A stretch of DNA of 64,000 bases, from positions 11,715 through 75,714 of the forward strand of contig JBAQDE010000023.1 in assembly GCA_049294595.1 (NCBI GenBank), in the 5' to 3' direction. The position numbers and the translations under genes are program-made. Below, one piece after another: positions 1 through 9,252 of the stretch. The DNA is from Rhodoferax sp. (GTDB lineage Bacteria; Pseudomonadota; Gammaproteobacteria; Burkholderiales; Burkholderiaceae_C). The stretch's first letter is position 1. The number at the start of each line of letters is the position of its first letter. The notes under the pieces are model-generated. The model was not told the origin of the DNA, made no database searches, and was given only the letters and a program-made list of their open reading frames with translations.

Positions 1-2658
1 CTGACCGGCTACACCCTGGAAGAAGCCCAGGGCAAGACGCCCGGCGAACTGCTGGGCAGTGGCAAGGCCGATCCGGCCGTCATCGCGCGGCTGCAGCGGG
101 GGGTGGAGTTGGGCGAGCCGTGCCGCGCCGAGGTGTTGAACCGGGCCAAGGACGGGCACGAGTATTGGGTGGATACCGAAGTGCAGCCAACCCGCAATGC
201 CAGCGGCGTGTTGACCGGGTTCATGGAAATTGGCACCGACATCACCGCCTTGAAGGACATCCAGAAGCGGCTGGAGGCGGCCATCCGCGCGTCCAGCGCC
301 CTGCTCAACACGGTGGAGTTGCACACCGCCGTGTCGGTGTCGGATGGCAAGGGCCGCATCATGGAGGTCAACGATGCCTTTTGCAGCCTCAGCGGCTATA
401 GCGCGGCGGAGCTGATCGGGCAGGACCACCGCATCCTCAATTCCGGGGTGCAGAGCAAGGAATTCTGGGCCGACATGTGGCGCGTCATCTCCGCCGGGGC
501 GTCCTGGCGTGGCGAGATTTGCAACCGCGCCAAGGACGGATCGCTGTACTGGGTGGACAGCATGATTGCGCCCTTCATCGGGGACGATGGCAATGTGGAG
601 AAGTTTGTCTCCATGCGCACCGACATCACCGCCCGCAAGCGCGACCAGCAGATGCTGGCGGAACTGTCCCAGCGCATGTCCCTGGCCATCGAAGGCGGCA
701 CCGACGGACTGTGGGACTGGATGGACCTGAGCAGTGGGGCCCAATGGTGGTCGCCCAGCTACTACGCCCTGCTGGGCTACACCCCCAAGGAACTGCCAGC
801 CAGTCGCGAAAGCTTCAACTCCATCTTGCACCCGGAACATGTGGAGCGATCCAAGAAAGCGACCGTGCAGGCCATGGCCGGCGGCAAGGACTATGACGAA
901 GAGCAATTGCTGTTGACCAAGGCCCACGGCTACCGCTGGTTCCGCTCCCGCGCCAAGGTGTACCGCAACGCGGCCGGTGAGGCGGTGCGCATGGCCGGCT
1001 CGTCCCAGGACGTGCATGACCGCAAGCTGGCCGAAGCCCAGCTCAAGGACGCGGTGGCCCGGGCCGAGCAGGCCAGCATCGCCAAGACCCAGTTCGTGGC
1101 CAATATGAGCCACGAGATCCGCACGCCGATGAATGCCATCCTGGGCATGCTGAAGCTGCTGCAAAGCACGGACCTCACCGTGCGCCAGCTCGACTACGCC
1201 GCCAAGACCGAGGGTGCGGCGCGCTCCCTGCTGGGCCTGCTCAATGACATCCTGGATTTCTCCAAGGTCGAGGCCGGCAAGATGACGCTGGACCCGCGGC
1301 CGTTCCGCGTGGACCGCCTGCTGCGCGACCTGTCGGTCATCCTGTCGGCCAACGTTGGCAGCAAGGCCATCGAGGTGCTGTTCGACATCGACCCAGCCTT
1401 GCCCGCCGCTCTGGTGGGGGACGACATGCGTCTGCAGCAGGTGCTGATCAACCTGGGCGGCAACGCCATCAAGTTCACCAGCGAGGGCGAGGTGGTGTTG
1501 CGGCTGCGCGTGGTCGAGCAGTCGGCCCAGGACGTGCTGGTGGAGTTTTCGATGCAGGACAGCGGCATTGGCATTGCACCGGAGAACCAGGCCCACATCT
1601 TCAGCGGCTTTTCGCAGGCCGAGGCCTCCACCACGCGCCGCTTCGGTGGTACCGGGCTGGGGTTGGCCATTTCCAGCCGCATGGTGGAGCTGCTGGGTGG
1701 TGCGCTGGCGGTGGACAGCGTGTTGGGCGAGGGCAGCACTTTCCATTTCCAGATTCGTTTCCCGGTGGCCGCCGCAGAGCCGGCAGAACCGCTGGTGCCT
1801 GGCCTGCAGGGGCTGCGCGTCCTGGTGGTCGAGGACAACGCCCGCACCGGTGCCGTGCTGGAGCGCATGGTCCAGTCCCTGGGCTGGCAGGCCGATCCAG
1901 TGGCCAGCGGCACGGAGGCGCTGGAGCGGCTGCAGCGGGGCCAGGCTGCGGCTGCACAGTCCCCGTTTGACGTCATCCTGATGGATTGGCAGATGCCCGA
2001 TCTGGACGGCTGGGAAACCAGCCAGCGCATCCGCCAGCTGGCCAACGGCGCCGTGGTGCCGATTGTCCTGATGGTCACGGCCAGCGGGCGTGAAGCGCTG
2101 GCGCAACGCAGCGCGGCAGACCAGGCGTTGCTCAATGGTTTTCTGGCCAAACCCCTGACGGCGACCATGCTGTTCGAGGCGGTGCGCGATGCCAAGTCTG
2201 CCGCCGTGGTGGCCGCCACGGGCCGCAATCCCGCGGCGCCACAGAAAGTGGGCAAACCCAAACGCCTGAGCGGGCTGCGCCTGTTGGTGGTGGAAGACAA
2301 CAAGATCAACCAGATGGTGGCCAAGGGACTGCTGGTGCAGGAGGGCGCCGAGGTCACCCTGGCCGATGACGGTCAGTTGGGCGTGAACGCGGTCTCCAAC
2401 GCCCAGCCGCAGTTTGATGCGGTGCTGATGGATGTGCAGATGCCGGTGATGGATGGCTACGCCGCCACGCGAGCCATCCGCCAGGAACTGGGTCTGGGAG
2501 CGCTGCCCATCATTGCCATGACGGCCAACGCCATGGCATCGGACCGCATGGCCTGCCTGGCCGCCGGCATGAACGACCATGTGGGCAAGCCCTTTGAGCT
2601 GGACCACCTGGTGGCCACGTTGTTGGGGCTGTTGGGTCGCCCCAACGGGGGCAATTAG
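1..2658 (+). CDS. Hybrid sensor histidine kinase/response regulator, 5'-truncated by the window edge (several PAS/PAC modules, HisKA, HATPase_c, two receiver domains)
   Basis: Frame 1 is open from nt 1 (LTGYTLEEAQGKTPGELLGSG...) and continues into ORF 103..2658. H-box HEIRTPMNAILG; G2 box GGTGLGLAIS. Two REC modules: VVEDN...LMDWQMPDLDG...KP and VVEDNKINQ...LMDVQMPVMDG...GKP. Confidence 0.9.
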   Translation: MTGYTLEEAQGKTPGELLGSGKADPAVIARLQRGVELGEPCRAEVLNRAKDGHEYWVDTEVQPTRNASGVLTGFMEIGTDITALKDIQKRLEAAIRASSALLNTVELHTAVSVSDGKGRIMEVNDAFCSLSGYSAAELIGQDHRILNSGVQSKEFWADMWRVISAGASWRGEICNRAKDGSLYWVDSMIAPFIGDDGNVEKFVSMRTDITARKRDQQMLAELSQRMSLAIEGGTDGLWDWMDLSSGAQWWSPSYYALLGYTPKELPASRESFNSILHPEHVERSKKATVQAMAGGKDYDEEQLLLTKAHGYRWFRSRAKVYRNAAGEAVRMAGSSQDVHDRKLAEAQLKDAVARAEQASIAKTQFVANMSHEIRTPMNAILGMLKLLQSTDLTVRQLDYAAKTEGAARSLLGLLNDILDFSKVEAGKMTLDPRPFRVDRLLRDLSVILSANVGSKAIEVLFDIDPALPAALVGDDMRLQQVLINLGGNAIKFTSEGEVVLRLRVVEQSAQDVLVEFSMQDSGIGIAPENQAHIFSGFSQAEASTTRRFGGTGLGLAISSRMVELLGGALAVDSVLGEGSTFHFQIRFPVAAAEPAEPLVPGLQGLRVLVVEDNARTGAVLERMVQSLGWQADPVASGTEALERLQRGQAAAAQSPFDVILMDWQMPDLDGWETSQRIRQLANGAVVPIVLMVTASGREALAQRSAADQALLNGFLAKPLTATMLFEAVRDAKSAAVVAATGRNPAAPQKVGKPKRLSGLRLLVVEDNKINQMVAKGLLVQEGAEVTLADDGQLGVNAVSNAQPQFDAVLMDVQMPVMDGYAATRAIRQELGLGALPIIAMTANAMASDRMACLAAGMNDHVGKPFELDHLVATLLGLLGRPNGGN

Positions 2659-4619
2659 GCCGTCCGGCCCAGTTCTTCCCAGCGTTCCAGCGCGGCCAGC
2701 AGTTCGTCGTCAATCTGGGCGTTGCGGTTGGAGAGTTGCAGCGCCCGCGCGTTGTCGCTGGCGTACAGGCTGCCGTCCAGAAGCGCGTCGTGGATGGCCT
2801 TCTGCTCGGCCTCCAGCGAGGCAATCAGGTCGGGCAGGCCATCCAGCTCACGCTGTTCCTTGAAGCTGAGCTTCTTGGCCTTGGCCGGCGGCGGTGCTGC
2901 GGGTGTGGTGGCGGAAACCGCCGCTGTGGCCTGCTCCTGCTTTTGCAGTTGCTCGCGCTCGTAATTGAAGGGTTTGGCCGTCGTCTTCCCCTGCGCCGCA
3001 TTGATTTCGTTGGCGCGCTTGGTCTGGATCAGCCAGTCGCTCACGCCGCCTTCGTACTCGCGCCACTTGGCGTCGCCCTCGAAAGCGATGGTGCTGGTGA
3101 CCACGTTGTCCAGAAAGGTCCGGTCGTGGCTGACCAAGAACACCGTGCCGTCGTAGTTCTGCAGCAGGTCTTCCAGCAGCTCCAGCGTGTCGATGTCCAG
3201 ATCGTTGGTGGGCTCGTCCAGCACCAGCACATTGGCCGGGCGGGCAAACAGGCGCGCCAGCAGCAGGCGGTTGCGCTCGCCACCGCTCAAACTGCGCACG
3301 GGGGAGTTGGCGCGGGCTGGCGAGAACAGGAAGTCGCCCAGGTAGCTCTTGACGTGCTTCTTCTGGTTGCCAATCTCTATCCATTCGCTGCCGGGGCTGA
3401 TGAAGTCTTCCAGCGTGGCGTCCAGGTCCAGCGCGTTGCGCATCTGGTCGAAATAGGCCACCGTCACATTCGCGCCCAGGCGCACCGTGCCCCAGGGGCT
3501 GTGGCCCGGTTCGGGCTTGGGGGCGTTGGCGGGGGCCGGGTCGGGCTTGTGCTCGCCCAGAATCAGTTTGAGCAGCGTGGTCTTGCCGGCACCGTTCGGT
3601 CCCAGCAGGCCGATCTTGTCGCCGCGCAGGATGGTGGCGCTGAAGTCGTGCACGATCTTGCGGTCGCCAAAGGTCTTGCTCACATGCACCATCTCGGACA
3701 CTAGTTTGCCGCTCTTGTCGCCACTGGACACGTCCATGTTCACGCTGCCCACGGCATTGCGCCGTGCCGCATGCTGGGCGCGCAGCTCGTCCAGGCGCAC
3801 GATGCGCGCTGTGGCGCGGGTGCGGCGGGCTTCCACGCCCTTGCGAATCCACACCTCTTCCTGTGCCAGCAGTTTGTCGGCCTTGGCGTTGATGACGGCT
3901 TCCTGCGCCAGCTGTTCGGCTTTCTGTGTGAGGTAGGCAGCAAAGTTGCCGGGGTAGCTCATCAGCTTGCCGCGGTCGAGTTCGACGATGCGCGTGGCCA
4001 CGTTGTCCAAAAAGGAGCGGTCGTGGGTGATGGTGATGATGGAGCCCTTGAAGTCGACCAGCAGGCCTTCCAGCCACTCGATGGAATCCAGATCCAGGTG
4101 GTTGGTGGGCTCATCGAGCAGCAGCACGTCGGGCTGCGCCACCAGGGCCTGGGCCAGCGCCACCCGCTTTTTGGTGCCTCCCGACAGGGTGCTGACAATC
4201 GCGTCCGGGTTCAGGTGCAGGCGTTGCAGGGTCTCCCCAACGCGTTGCTCCCAGTTCCAGCCGTCCAGGGTCTCGATCTCGCTCTGCATTGCGTCCAGAT
4301 CGCCGTGGCCCAGGCAGTATTCTTCAATCAGGCCGATAACCCTCTCCAAACCTGCGCGAACCGCTACAAAAACCGTAGCGTCGGCATCGAGCTGCGGCTC
4401 CTGCGCCACGTAGGCGATACGGGTGCCGCCCTGCACCTGCAGGGTGCCATCGTCGGGTTTTTCCATGCCGCCCAGGATTTTGAGCATGGAGGATTTGCCG
4501 GCGCCGTTGCGGCCGATCAGGCCCACGCGCTCCTGGGTTTCGAGGGAAAAGTCAGCGTGATCGAGAAGCGGGACGTGCCCGAATGCCAGCTGGGCGTCAA
4601 GTAGTGTGATGAGTGCCAT
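2655..4619 (-). CDS. uup: ABC-F family ATPase (Uup-like, no membrane domain, C-terminal coiled coil)
   Basis: 654-aa ORF. Two Walker A motifs (GRNGAGKSS, GPNGAGKTT), two ABC signatures (LSGGTKKR, LSGGERNR) and a Lys/Glu/Ala-rich C-terminal tail. Its stop codon overlaps the kinase stop codon (TTAG, 2655-2658). Confidence 0.85.
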   Translation of the reverse strand: MALITLLDAQLAFGHVPLLDHADFSLETQERVGLIGRNGAGKSSMLKILGGMEKPDDGTLQVQGGTRIAYVAQEPQLDADATVFVAVRAGLERVIGLIEEYCLGHGDLDAMQSEIETLDGWNWEQRVGETLQRLHLNPDAIVSTLSGGTKKRVALAQALVAQPDVLLLDEPTNHLDLDSIEWLEGLLVDFKGSIITITHDRSFLDNVATRIVELDRGKLMSYPGNFAAYLTQKAEQLAQEAVINAKADKLLAQEEVWIRKGVEARRTRATARIVRLDELRAQHAARRNAVGSVNMDVSSGDKSGKLVSEMVHVSKTFGDRKIVHDFSATILRGDKIGLLGPNGAGKTTLLKLILGEHKPDPAPANAPKPEPGHSPWGTVRLGANVTVAYFDQMRNALDLDATLEDFISPGSEWIEIGNQKKHVKSYLGDFLFSPARANSPVRSLSGGERNRLLLARLFARPANVLVLDEPTNDLDIDTLELLEDLLQNYDGTVFLVSHDRTFLDNVVTSTIAFEGDAKWREYEGGVSDWLIQTKRANEINAAQGKTTAKPFNYEREQLQKQEQATAAVSATTPAAPPPAKAKKLSFKEQRELDGLPDLIASLEAEQKAIHDALLDGSLYASDNARALQLSNRNAQIDDELLAALERWEELGRTA

Positions 4620-4785
4620 GTGGGGCGATTATCCCCTGCGTCCATGGTTTGCCGTAGCGCAAGCCTGGTGCAGAAATACCCAAACACCCTCCGAGCAGCC
4701 AGCCCCTCGTAAGTCAATTCTGTTTCAGCCGTGTGACAATCGTTGCTAATTTGTGCAGTGCACACCCTGCCAGGAGGAGATTTCC

Positions 4786-5424
4786 ATGTTCAGTAGTCTG
4801 ATGCCGCAGCGCGCAGAATTTTTCGAGTTGCTGGCCGCGCACTCGGACCGCGTGGTGGCCGGAGCCAATGCCACCTTGCGCCTGATGAATGGTCTGGGTG
4901 TTGGCACCGAAGACATTCCCGTTCTGGTGGCCGAGGTCAACATGAACGAGCAGAGTGCCGACAAGATCAAGGCCGAGCTGATCGCCCTGTTGCACCGCTC
5001 GTTCACCACGCCCATCAACCGCGACCAGATCCACACGCTGACCATCGAACTGGACGCCGTGCTCAATGCCCTGCAGGCCGTGGCCAACGCCATCGGCATG
5101 TACAACATCAAGGAGTCGACCTCCGAGGCACGCGAGATGGCGTCGCTGGGCGCTGACGCCTGCATGCGCCTGAACCGCGCCGTGATTGCCCTGGCCGATC
5201 AGAAGCGCAAACCCGAGATCAAGGAGCTCTGCAAGGAGATTGACGCCATCGAATCGCAGGCGGATCGGCTGCAGCGCAAGGCCATCACCCAGCTGTTTCG
5301 GGATGGCGGCTCGATCTGGACCGCGCTGAAGATGCGCGAGTTCTATGCCCTGCAGGAGGATGTGCTGGACCGTTGCGAGGATGCGGCCAAGACCATAGAA
5401 GAAATCCTGATCGAGAACTCCTGA
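4786..5424 (+). CDS. DUF47 (TIGR00153, PhoU-like) phosphate-transport accessory protein, copy 1
   Basis: Start trimmed to ATG 4786, preceded by AGGAGGA. The sequence MFSSLMPQRAEFFELLAAH...TPINRDQIH...EEILIENS is typical of DUF47 proteins encoded next to pit. Confidence 0.8.
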   Translation: MFSSLMPQRAEFFELLAAHSDRVVAGANATLRLMNGLGVGTEDIPVLVAEVNMNEQSADKIKAELIALLHRSFTTPINRDQIHTLTIELDAVLNALQAVANAIGMYNIKESTSEAREMASLGADACMRLNRAVIALADQKRKPEIKELCKEIDAIESQADRLQRKAITQLFRDGGSIWTALKMREFYALQEDVLDRCEDAAKTIEEILIENS

Positions 5425-5435
5425 GAAAGCACCGC

Positions 5436-6449
5436 ATGGAACATCTATCCATCAGCATGTGGTCGCTGGCGCTGCTGGTTGCCGTGGCACTGGCATTCGA
5501 CTTCATGAACGGCTTTCACGACGGAGCCAATTCCATTTCCACCATTGTGGCCACGGGCGCGCTGACGCCCAAACAGGCCGTGCTGTTTGCGGCTGCGTTC
5601 AACTTCATTGCCCTGTGGGTGTTTCAGCTCAAGGTGGCGGCAACCATTGGCAAGGGCACGGTAGACCCGATGTTCGTGGACCACTATGTGATCTTTGGCG
5701 CCCTGATGGGGGCGCTGGCCTGGAACGTCATCACCTGGTACTACGGCATTCCGTCATCATCGTCCCATGCGCTGGTGGGTGGCCTGGTCGGCGCCACCGT
5801 GATCAAGGCCGGTGGCATTGCACCGATTGTGTGGAGTGGTTTTGGCAAGATCCTGTTGTTCATCATCATTTCGCCACTGGTGGGATTCTTCATTGGCGGC
5901 ATGCTGATGGTGCTGGTGGCATGGATCTTCCGCAACAAGTCTCCCCACCAGGCCAGCAACTGGTTCCGCTATGGGCAGCTGTTTGCGGCCGGGGCCTACA
6001 GCCTGGGCCATGGCGGCAATGATGCGCAGAAAACCATCGGCATCATCTGGCTGCTGTTGATTACCGCCGGGGTGTCCACGTCCGATGTGGCCACGCTGCC
6101 CACCTGGGTGGTGTACAGCTGCTACGGTGCCATTGCCTGGGGCACCTACCTGGGCGGCTGGCGCATCGTGAAGACCATGGGCAGCAAGATCACCAAGCTC
6201 AATGCGGTCAGTGGTTCCTGCGCCTCCATGGGCGGGGCCATCAGCCTCGGGCTGGCCACGCTGGGCGGCATTCCGGTTTCCACCACCCACACCATCACCG
6301 GGGCCATTGTCGGCGTGGGAACCGCGCAGGATGTGCGGGCCGTGCGCTGGGGCCTGACCTTCAACCTGGTCATTGCCTGGGTGCTGACCATTCCGGCCTC
6401 CGGCCTGATTGCGGCTGCGTTCTGGTACGTGGGCCGCAGCTTCCTCTGA
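5436..6449 (+). CDS. pitA: Inorganic phosphate transporter, PiT/PHO4 family
   Basis: Start trimmed to ATG 5436 (MEHLSISMW...). Polytopic membrane protein with the two PiT signatures NGFHDGANS and GHGGNDAQKT. Confidence 0.9.
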   Translation: MEHLSISMWSLALLVAVALAFDFMNGFHDGANSISTIVATGALTPKQAVLFAAAFNFIALWVFQLKVAATIGKGTVDPMFVDHYVIFGALMGALAWNVITWYYGIPSSSSHALVGGLVGATVIKAGGIAPIVWSGFGKILLFIIISPLVGFFIGGMLMVLVAWIFRNKSPHQASNWFRYGQLFAAGAYSLGHGGNDAQKTIGIIWLLLITAGVSTSDVATLPTWVVYSCYGAIAWGTYLGGWRIVKTMGSKITKLNAVSGSCASMGGAISLGLATLGGIPVSTTHTITGAIVGVGTAQDVRAVRWGLTFNLVIAWVLTIPASGLIAAAFWYVGRSFL

Positions 6450-6470
6450 CCGCGCCAGGAGACCAACACC

Positions 6471-7118
6471 GTGCTCAACAATGTCATGCCCCAGCGCAGT
6501 ACCTTCTTCAACCTGCTGGCCGCCCACACCGACCGTCTGGTGGCCGGCGCCAGCGCCACGTTGCGCCTGATCACCGGACTGGGCAACCAGGGTGAGCTGA
6601 CTGGCGCCCTGATCGAAGAGGTGAACCTCAATGAAACCAGCGCTGACAATCTGAAGACCGAGTTCATCAAGCTGTTGTACGAGTCGTTCACCACGCCGAT
6701 CAACCGCGACCAGTTGCACACCCTGATCCTGGACCTCGACCGCGTTCTGGACGCCCTGCAAAGCGTGGCCAACGCGGTCAATATGTACAACATCGACGAC
6801 TCCACGCCGGAGGCGCGCGCCCTGGCCTCGCTGGCATCCGACGCCTGCCTGCGCCTGAACCGCGGTGTGATTGCGATGGCAGACCGGGAACAGGCAGCGC
6901 AGATTGCCGTGCTGTGTCCGCAGATCGATGCGCTGGAGTCACAGGCCAGTGCACTGATGCGCGAAGCCATCACCAAGCTGTTCCGCGAAGAGGGCGACGA
7001 GCAGGCCGCCTGGCACGCCATGAAGATGCGCCGCTTCTACTTCACCCAGGTGGCGGTGCTCGACGGCTGCAAGCGCGCGGCCCACACCATGGAGGAGATC
7101 CTGCTGGAAAACGCCTGA
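6471..7118 (+). CDS. DUF47 (PhoU-like) protein, copy 2, paralog of 4786..5424
   Basis: The 215-aa ORF (GTG 6471, or ATG 6486) aligns along its whole length with copy 1: MPQRSTFFNLLAAH..., TTPINRDQLHTL, EEILLENA. Confidence 0.8.
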   Translation: MLNNVMPQRSTFFNLLAAHTDRLVAGASATLRLITGLGNQGELTGALIEEVNLNETSADNLKTEFIKLLYESFTTPINRDQLHTLILDLDRVLDALQSVANAVNMYNIDDSTPEARALASLASDACLRLNRGVIAMADREQAAQIAVLCPQIDALESQASALMREAITKLFREEGDEQAAWHAMKMRRFYFTQVAVLDGCKRAAHTMEEILLENA

Positions 7119-7131
7119 CCCGGCGTTGCCA

Positions 7132-7536
7132 CTACTTCCGTAGTGTGCGCAGAAAGGGGGCAATTTCCTTGTCGGAGCGCCGGATGTGCAGGGACAGCCA
7201 CTCCCGCAGCACCAGTGAGAGTTGTGCGGCCACGGTGATGCTGCCGCTCTCGTATTTGCGCTTCAAGGCGTTGAGCTCGTCGGCAAACTGCTGGTGCTGG
7301 CGCCTGTGCTGTTCCAGCTGCGGGTAGTGCACGGAGGCCATCAGCGCTTCCTCCCGCTGCAGGTGGCCCAGGGTGTAGTCAATCACCTTGTGCAGCACGT
7401 CATCCACCACCTCCACACCACGGCCCTCCGAGGTCGCGCTGTGCAGCACATTGACCATCTCCACCAGTTGTCGGTGGTCTTCATCGATGGGGCCATGGTC
7501 AATGACCATGTCCTTGGCCCATTCAAAGTACGCCAT
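7132..7536 (-). CDS. Bacteriohemerythrin-like protein
   Basis: 134 aa with a His/Glu/Asp iron-ligand pattern (DEDHRQLVEMVNVLH, HLQREE, HRRQHQQF, WLSLHIRRSDKE). It lies 21 nt downstream of the MCP gene on the same strand. Confidence 0.8.
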   Translation of the reverse strand: MAYFEWAKDMVIDHGPIDEDHRQLVEMVNVLHSATSEGRGVEVVDDVLHKVIDYTLGHLQREEALMASVHYPQLEQHRRQHQQFADELNALKRKYESGSITVAAQLSLVLREWLSLHIRRSDKEIAPFLRTLRK

Positions 7537-7557
7537 TGCAAAGGCTCCGCAAGGGGA

Positions 7558-9144
7558 TCAGGCCGGTGCCAGCGCCGGCAGGGGCGCACGGCCCGTGGCG
7601 GGCTGTAGCTTGAAGACATGCACGGTCTGCAGGAGCGACTGCGCCTGCTGCTCCAGTGACTGAGCGGCGGCGGCGGCCTCTTCGACCAGGGCGGCGTTCT
7701 GCTGTGTGACCTGGTCCATCTGGCCCACCGCCTGGTTGATTTCCGCGATGCCGGTGGACTGGTCCTCGCTGGCAGTGGTGATCTCGCGCATCAGGTCGGA
7801 GACGCGGCGCACGCTCACCACAATCTCGTCCATGGTGCTGCCCGCCTGTTCCACCTGGCGGCAGCCGTCGCTGACGTTCTGTACCGAGGCGCCGATCAGG
7901 GCCTTGATTTCCCTGGCGGCTTCGGCGGAGCGTCCGGCCAGGCTGCGCACCTCGCTGGCCACCACGGCAAACCCACGCCCCTGCTCGCCCGCGCGGGCAG
8001 ACTCCACGGCCGCATTGAGCGCCAGGATATTGGTCTGGAAGGCAATGCTGTCGATCACACCGATGATGTCTGCGATCTTGGTGGAGGAGGTGTTGATGGC
8101 CTCCATGGTGTGCACCACCTGCGCCACCAGGGCCCCGCCCTTGGCGGCAACCTTGGCCGCCGTTTCTGCGAGCTGGTGGGCGTGCTGGCCACTCTCGTAA
8201 TTGTTCTTGACGGTGCCGGCCAGCTCCTGCATGGAGGCCGCGGTCTGCTCCAGCGCGCTGGCCTGCTCCTCGGTGCGGCTGGACAGATCCAGATTGCCCG
8301 CCGCAATCTGGCTGGTGGCCGTGGCCATGCTGTCGGAGCCGCTGCGCACCTGCGCAACGATGTGCGTCAGGCTGTCATTCATTTCGCGCAGGGATTGCAG
8401 CAGCATGGCGGTTTCATCCTTGCCTTCGAACTGGATCGAACTGCTCAGATCGCCCGCCGCCACGGTGCGGGCAATGTGGACGGCCTCTTCCATCGGCACG
8501 GTGATGGAGCGGGTGATCCGCCAGGCCAGCAGGGCCCCGAACAGCAGCCCCAGCGCGGCCAGCGAGAGCATCAGCGTGCGTGCGAAGTCGATGCTGCTGC
8601 GAACCTCGGCGCTGCTGGCTTCCACAATCGTCTTCTGCAGGGTCGTCAGGGCGGTGATGGGTTTTTGCAGGGCGTCCAGTGCCGGAAGTGTTTCGCTGTT
8701 GAGCAGCGCAATGGCCTCGTCCTTGCGGCCCTCGTCCATGAGCTTGGCGACCTTGGAGAACGATGCCACATAGTGCTTGCGCGCCTGGGTCAGCTCTGCC
8801 ACCAGCGCCTTGCCTTCGGGCAGGTAGACCAGGCGCTCCAGCGTCTGCAGTGCGTCGCTGATGGTCTTCTTGTTGACCTCGATGGCGGCCTTGACGGCCT
8901 GAATCTGTGCCGGGTCGGTGGCCAGAACCAGCTCCATGGTTCGCCGGCCGTTGGCACGGGTCGTGGCATTGATGGTGTGGGCCGCCTCGGATTTGACCCA
9001 GTCGCTTTCAATGATCCGGGCATTGACGCTGCCAACCTGCCCAAAGCGTGTGACGCTGATTCCGGCCATGACCAGCATCATGCAGATCAACAGGCCAAAG
9101 CCGGCATTCAGCCGGGCGCCAATTTTCAGATCAACGAGTTTCAT
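7558..9144 (-). CDS. Methyl-accepting chemotaxis protein (4-helix-bundle sensor, HAMP, MA domain)
   Basis: 528 aa with an N-terminal TM, periplasmic region and second TM. HAMP region around [17 protein letters not shown]. Highly conserved signalling hairpin ...[17 protein letters not shown]...[37 protein letters not shown]. Confidence 0.9.
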   Translation of the reverse strand: MKLVDLKIGARLNAGFGLLICMMLVMAGISVTRFGQVGSVNARIIESDWVKSEAAHTINATTRANGRRTMELVLATDPAQIQAVKAAIEVNKKTISDALQTLERLVYLPEGKALVAELTQARKHYVASFSKVAKLMDEGRKDEAIALLNSETLPALDALQKPITALTTLQKTIVEASSAEVRSSIDFARTLMLSLAALGLLFGALLAWRITRSITVPMEEAVHIARTVAAGDLSSSIQFEGKDETAMLLQSLREMNDSLTHIVAQVRSGSDSMATATSQIAAGNLDLSSRTEEQASALEQTAASMQELAGTVKNNYESGQHAHQLAETAAKVAAKGGALVAQVVHTMEAINTSSTKIADIIGVIDSIAFQTNILALNAAVESARAGEQGRGFAVVASEVRSLAGRSAEAAREIKALIGASVQNVSDGCRQVEQAGSTMDEIVVSVRRVSDLMREITTASEDQSTGIAEINQAVGQMDQVTQQNAALVEEAAAAAQSLEQQAQSLLQTVHVFKLQPATGRAPLPALAPA

Positions 9145-9252
9145 GGGATTTCCTCAAGCGTGGGGCGGCCGGCTGTTCAGCGGTCGTCGGCCAGTCTACT
9201 GCGCGCCTTTATGGGCGGCAATAGCGATAAGCCTATCCCGTACCATTCGACC

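Noticed and set aside
2655-2658. Overlapping convergent stop codons of the kinase and uup (TTAG)
   Set aside because: It is real in the sequence but a common compaction feature, with no evidence of regulatory meaning.
4362-4378. GCTACaaaaaccGTAGC palindrome in uup, with CCCTC at the right distance, which looked like a further repeat copy
   Set aside because: Only 5 of 10 box positions match. The encoded peptide (TVFVAVRAGLERV) aligns with the normal ABC-F sequence as I recall it from E. coli Uup, so it is ordinary coding sequence. It shows that weak matches to the repeat pattern occur by chance.
4702-4750. GCCCCTCGTAAG...TCGTTGCTAA upstream of the DUF47 gene, as a possible decayed repeat copy
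   Set aside because: The box has an extra C and the palindrome half is barely recognisable. It is not distinguishable from chance without a genome-wide model.
8110-9252. N-terminal 380 codons of the 786-aa ORF 8110..10470
   Set aside because: This part is antisense to the well-supported MCP gene and has the low-complexity Gly/Ala/Arg composition typical of shadow frames in high-G+C DNA. The cyclase gene was trimmed to ATG 9253.
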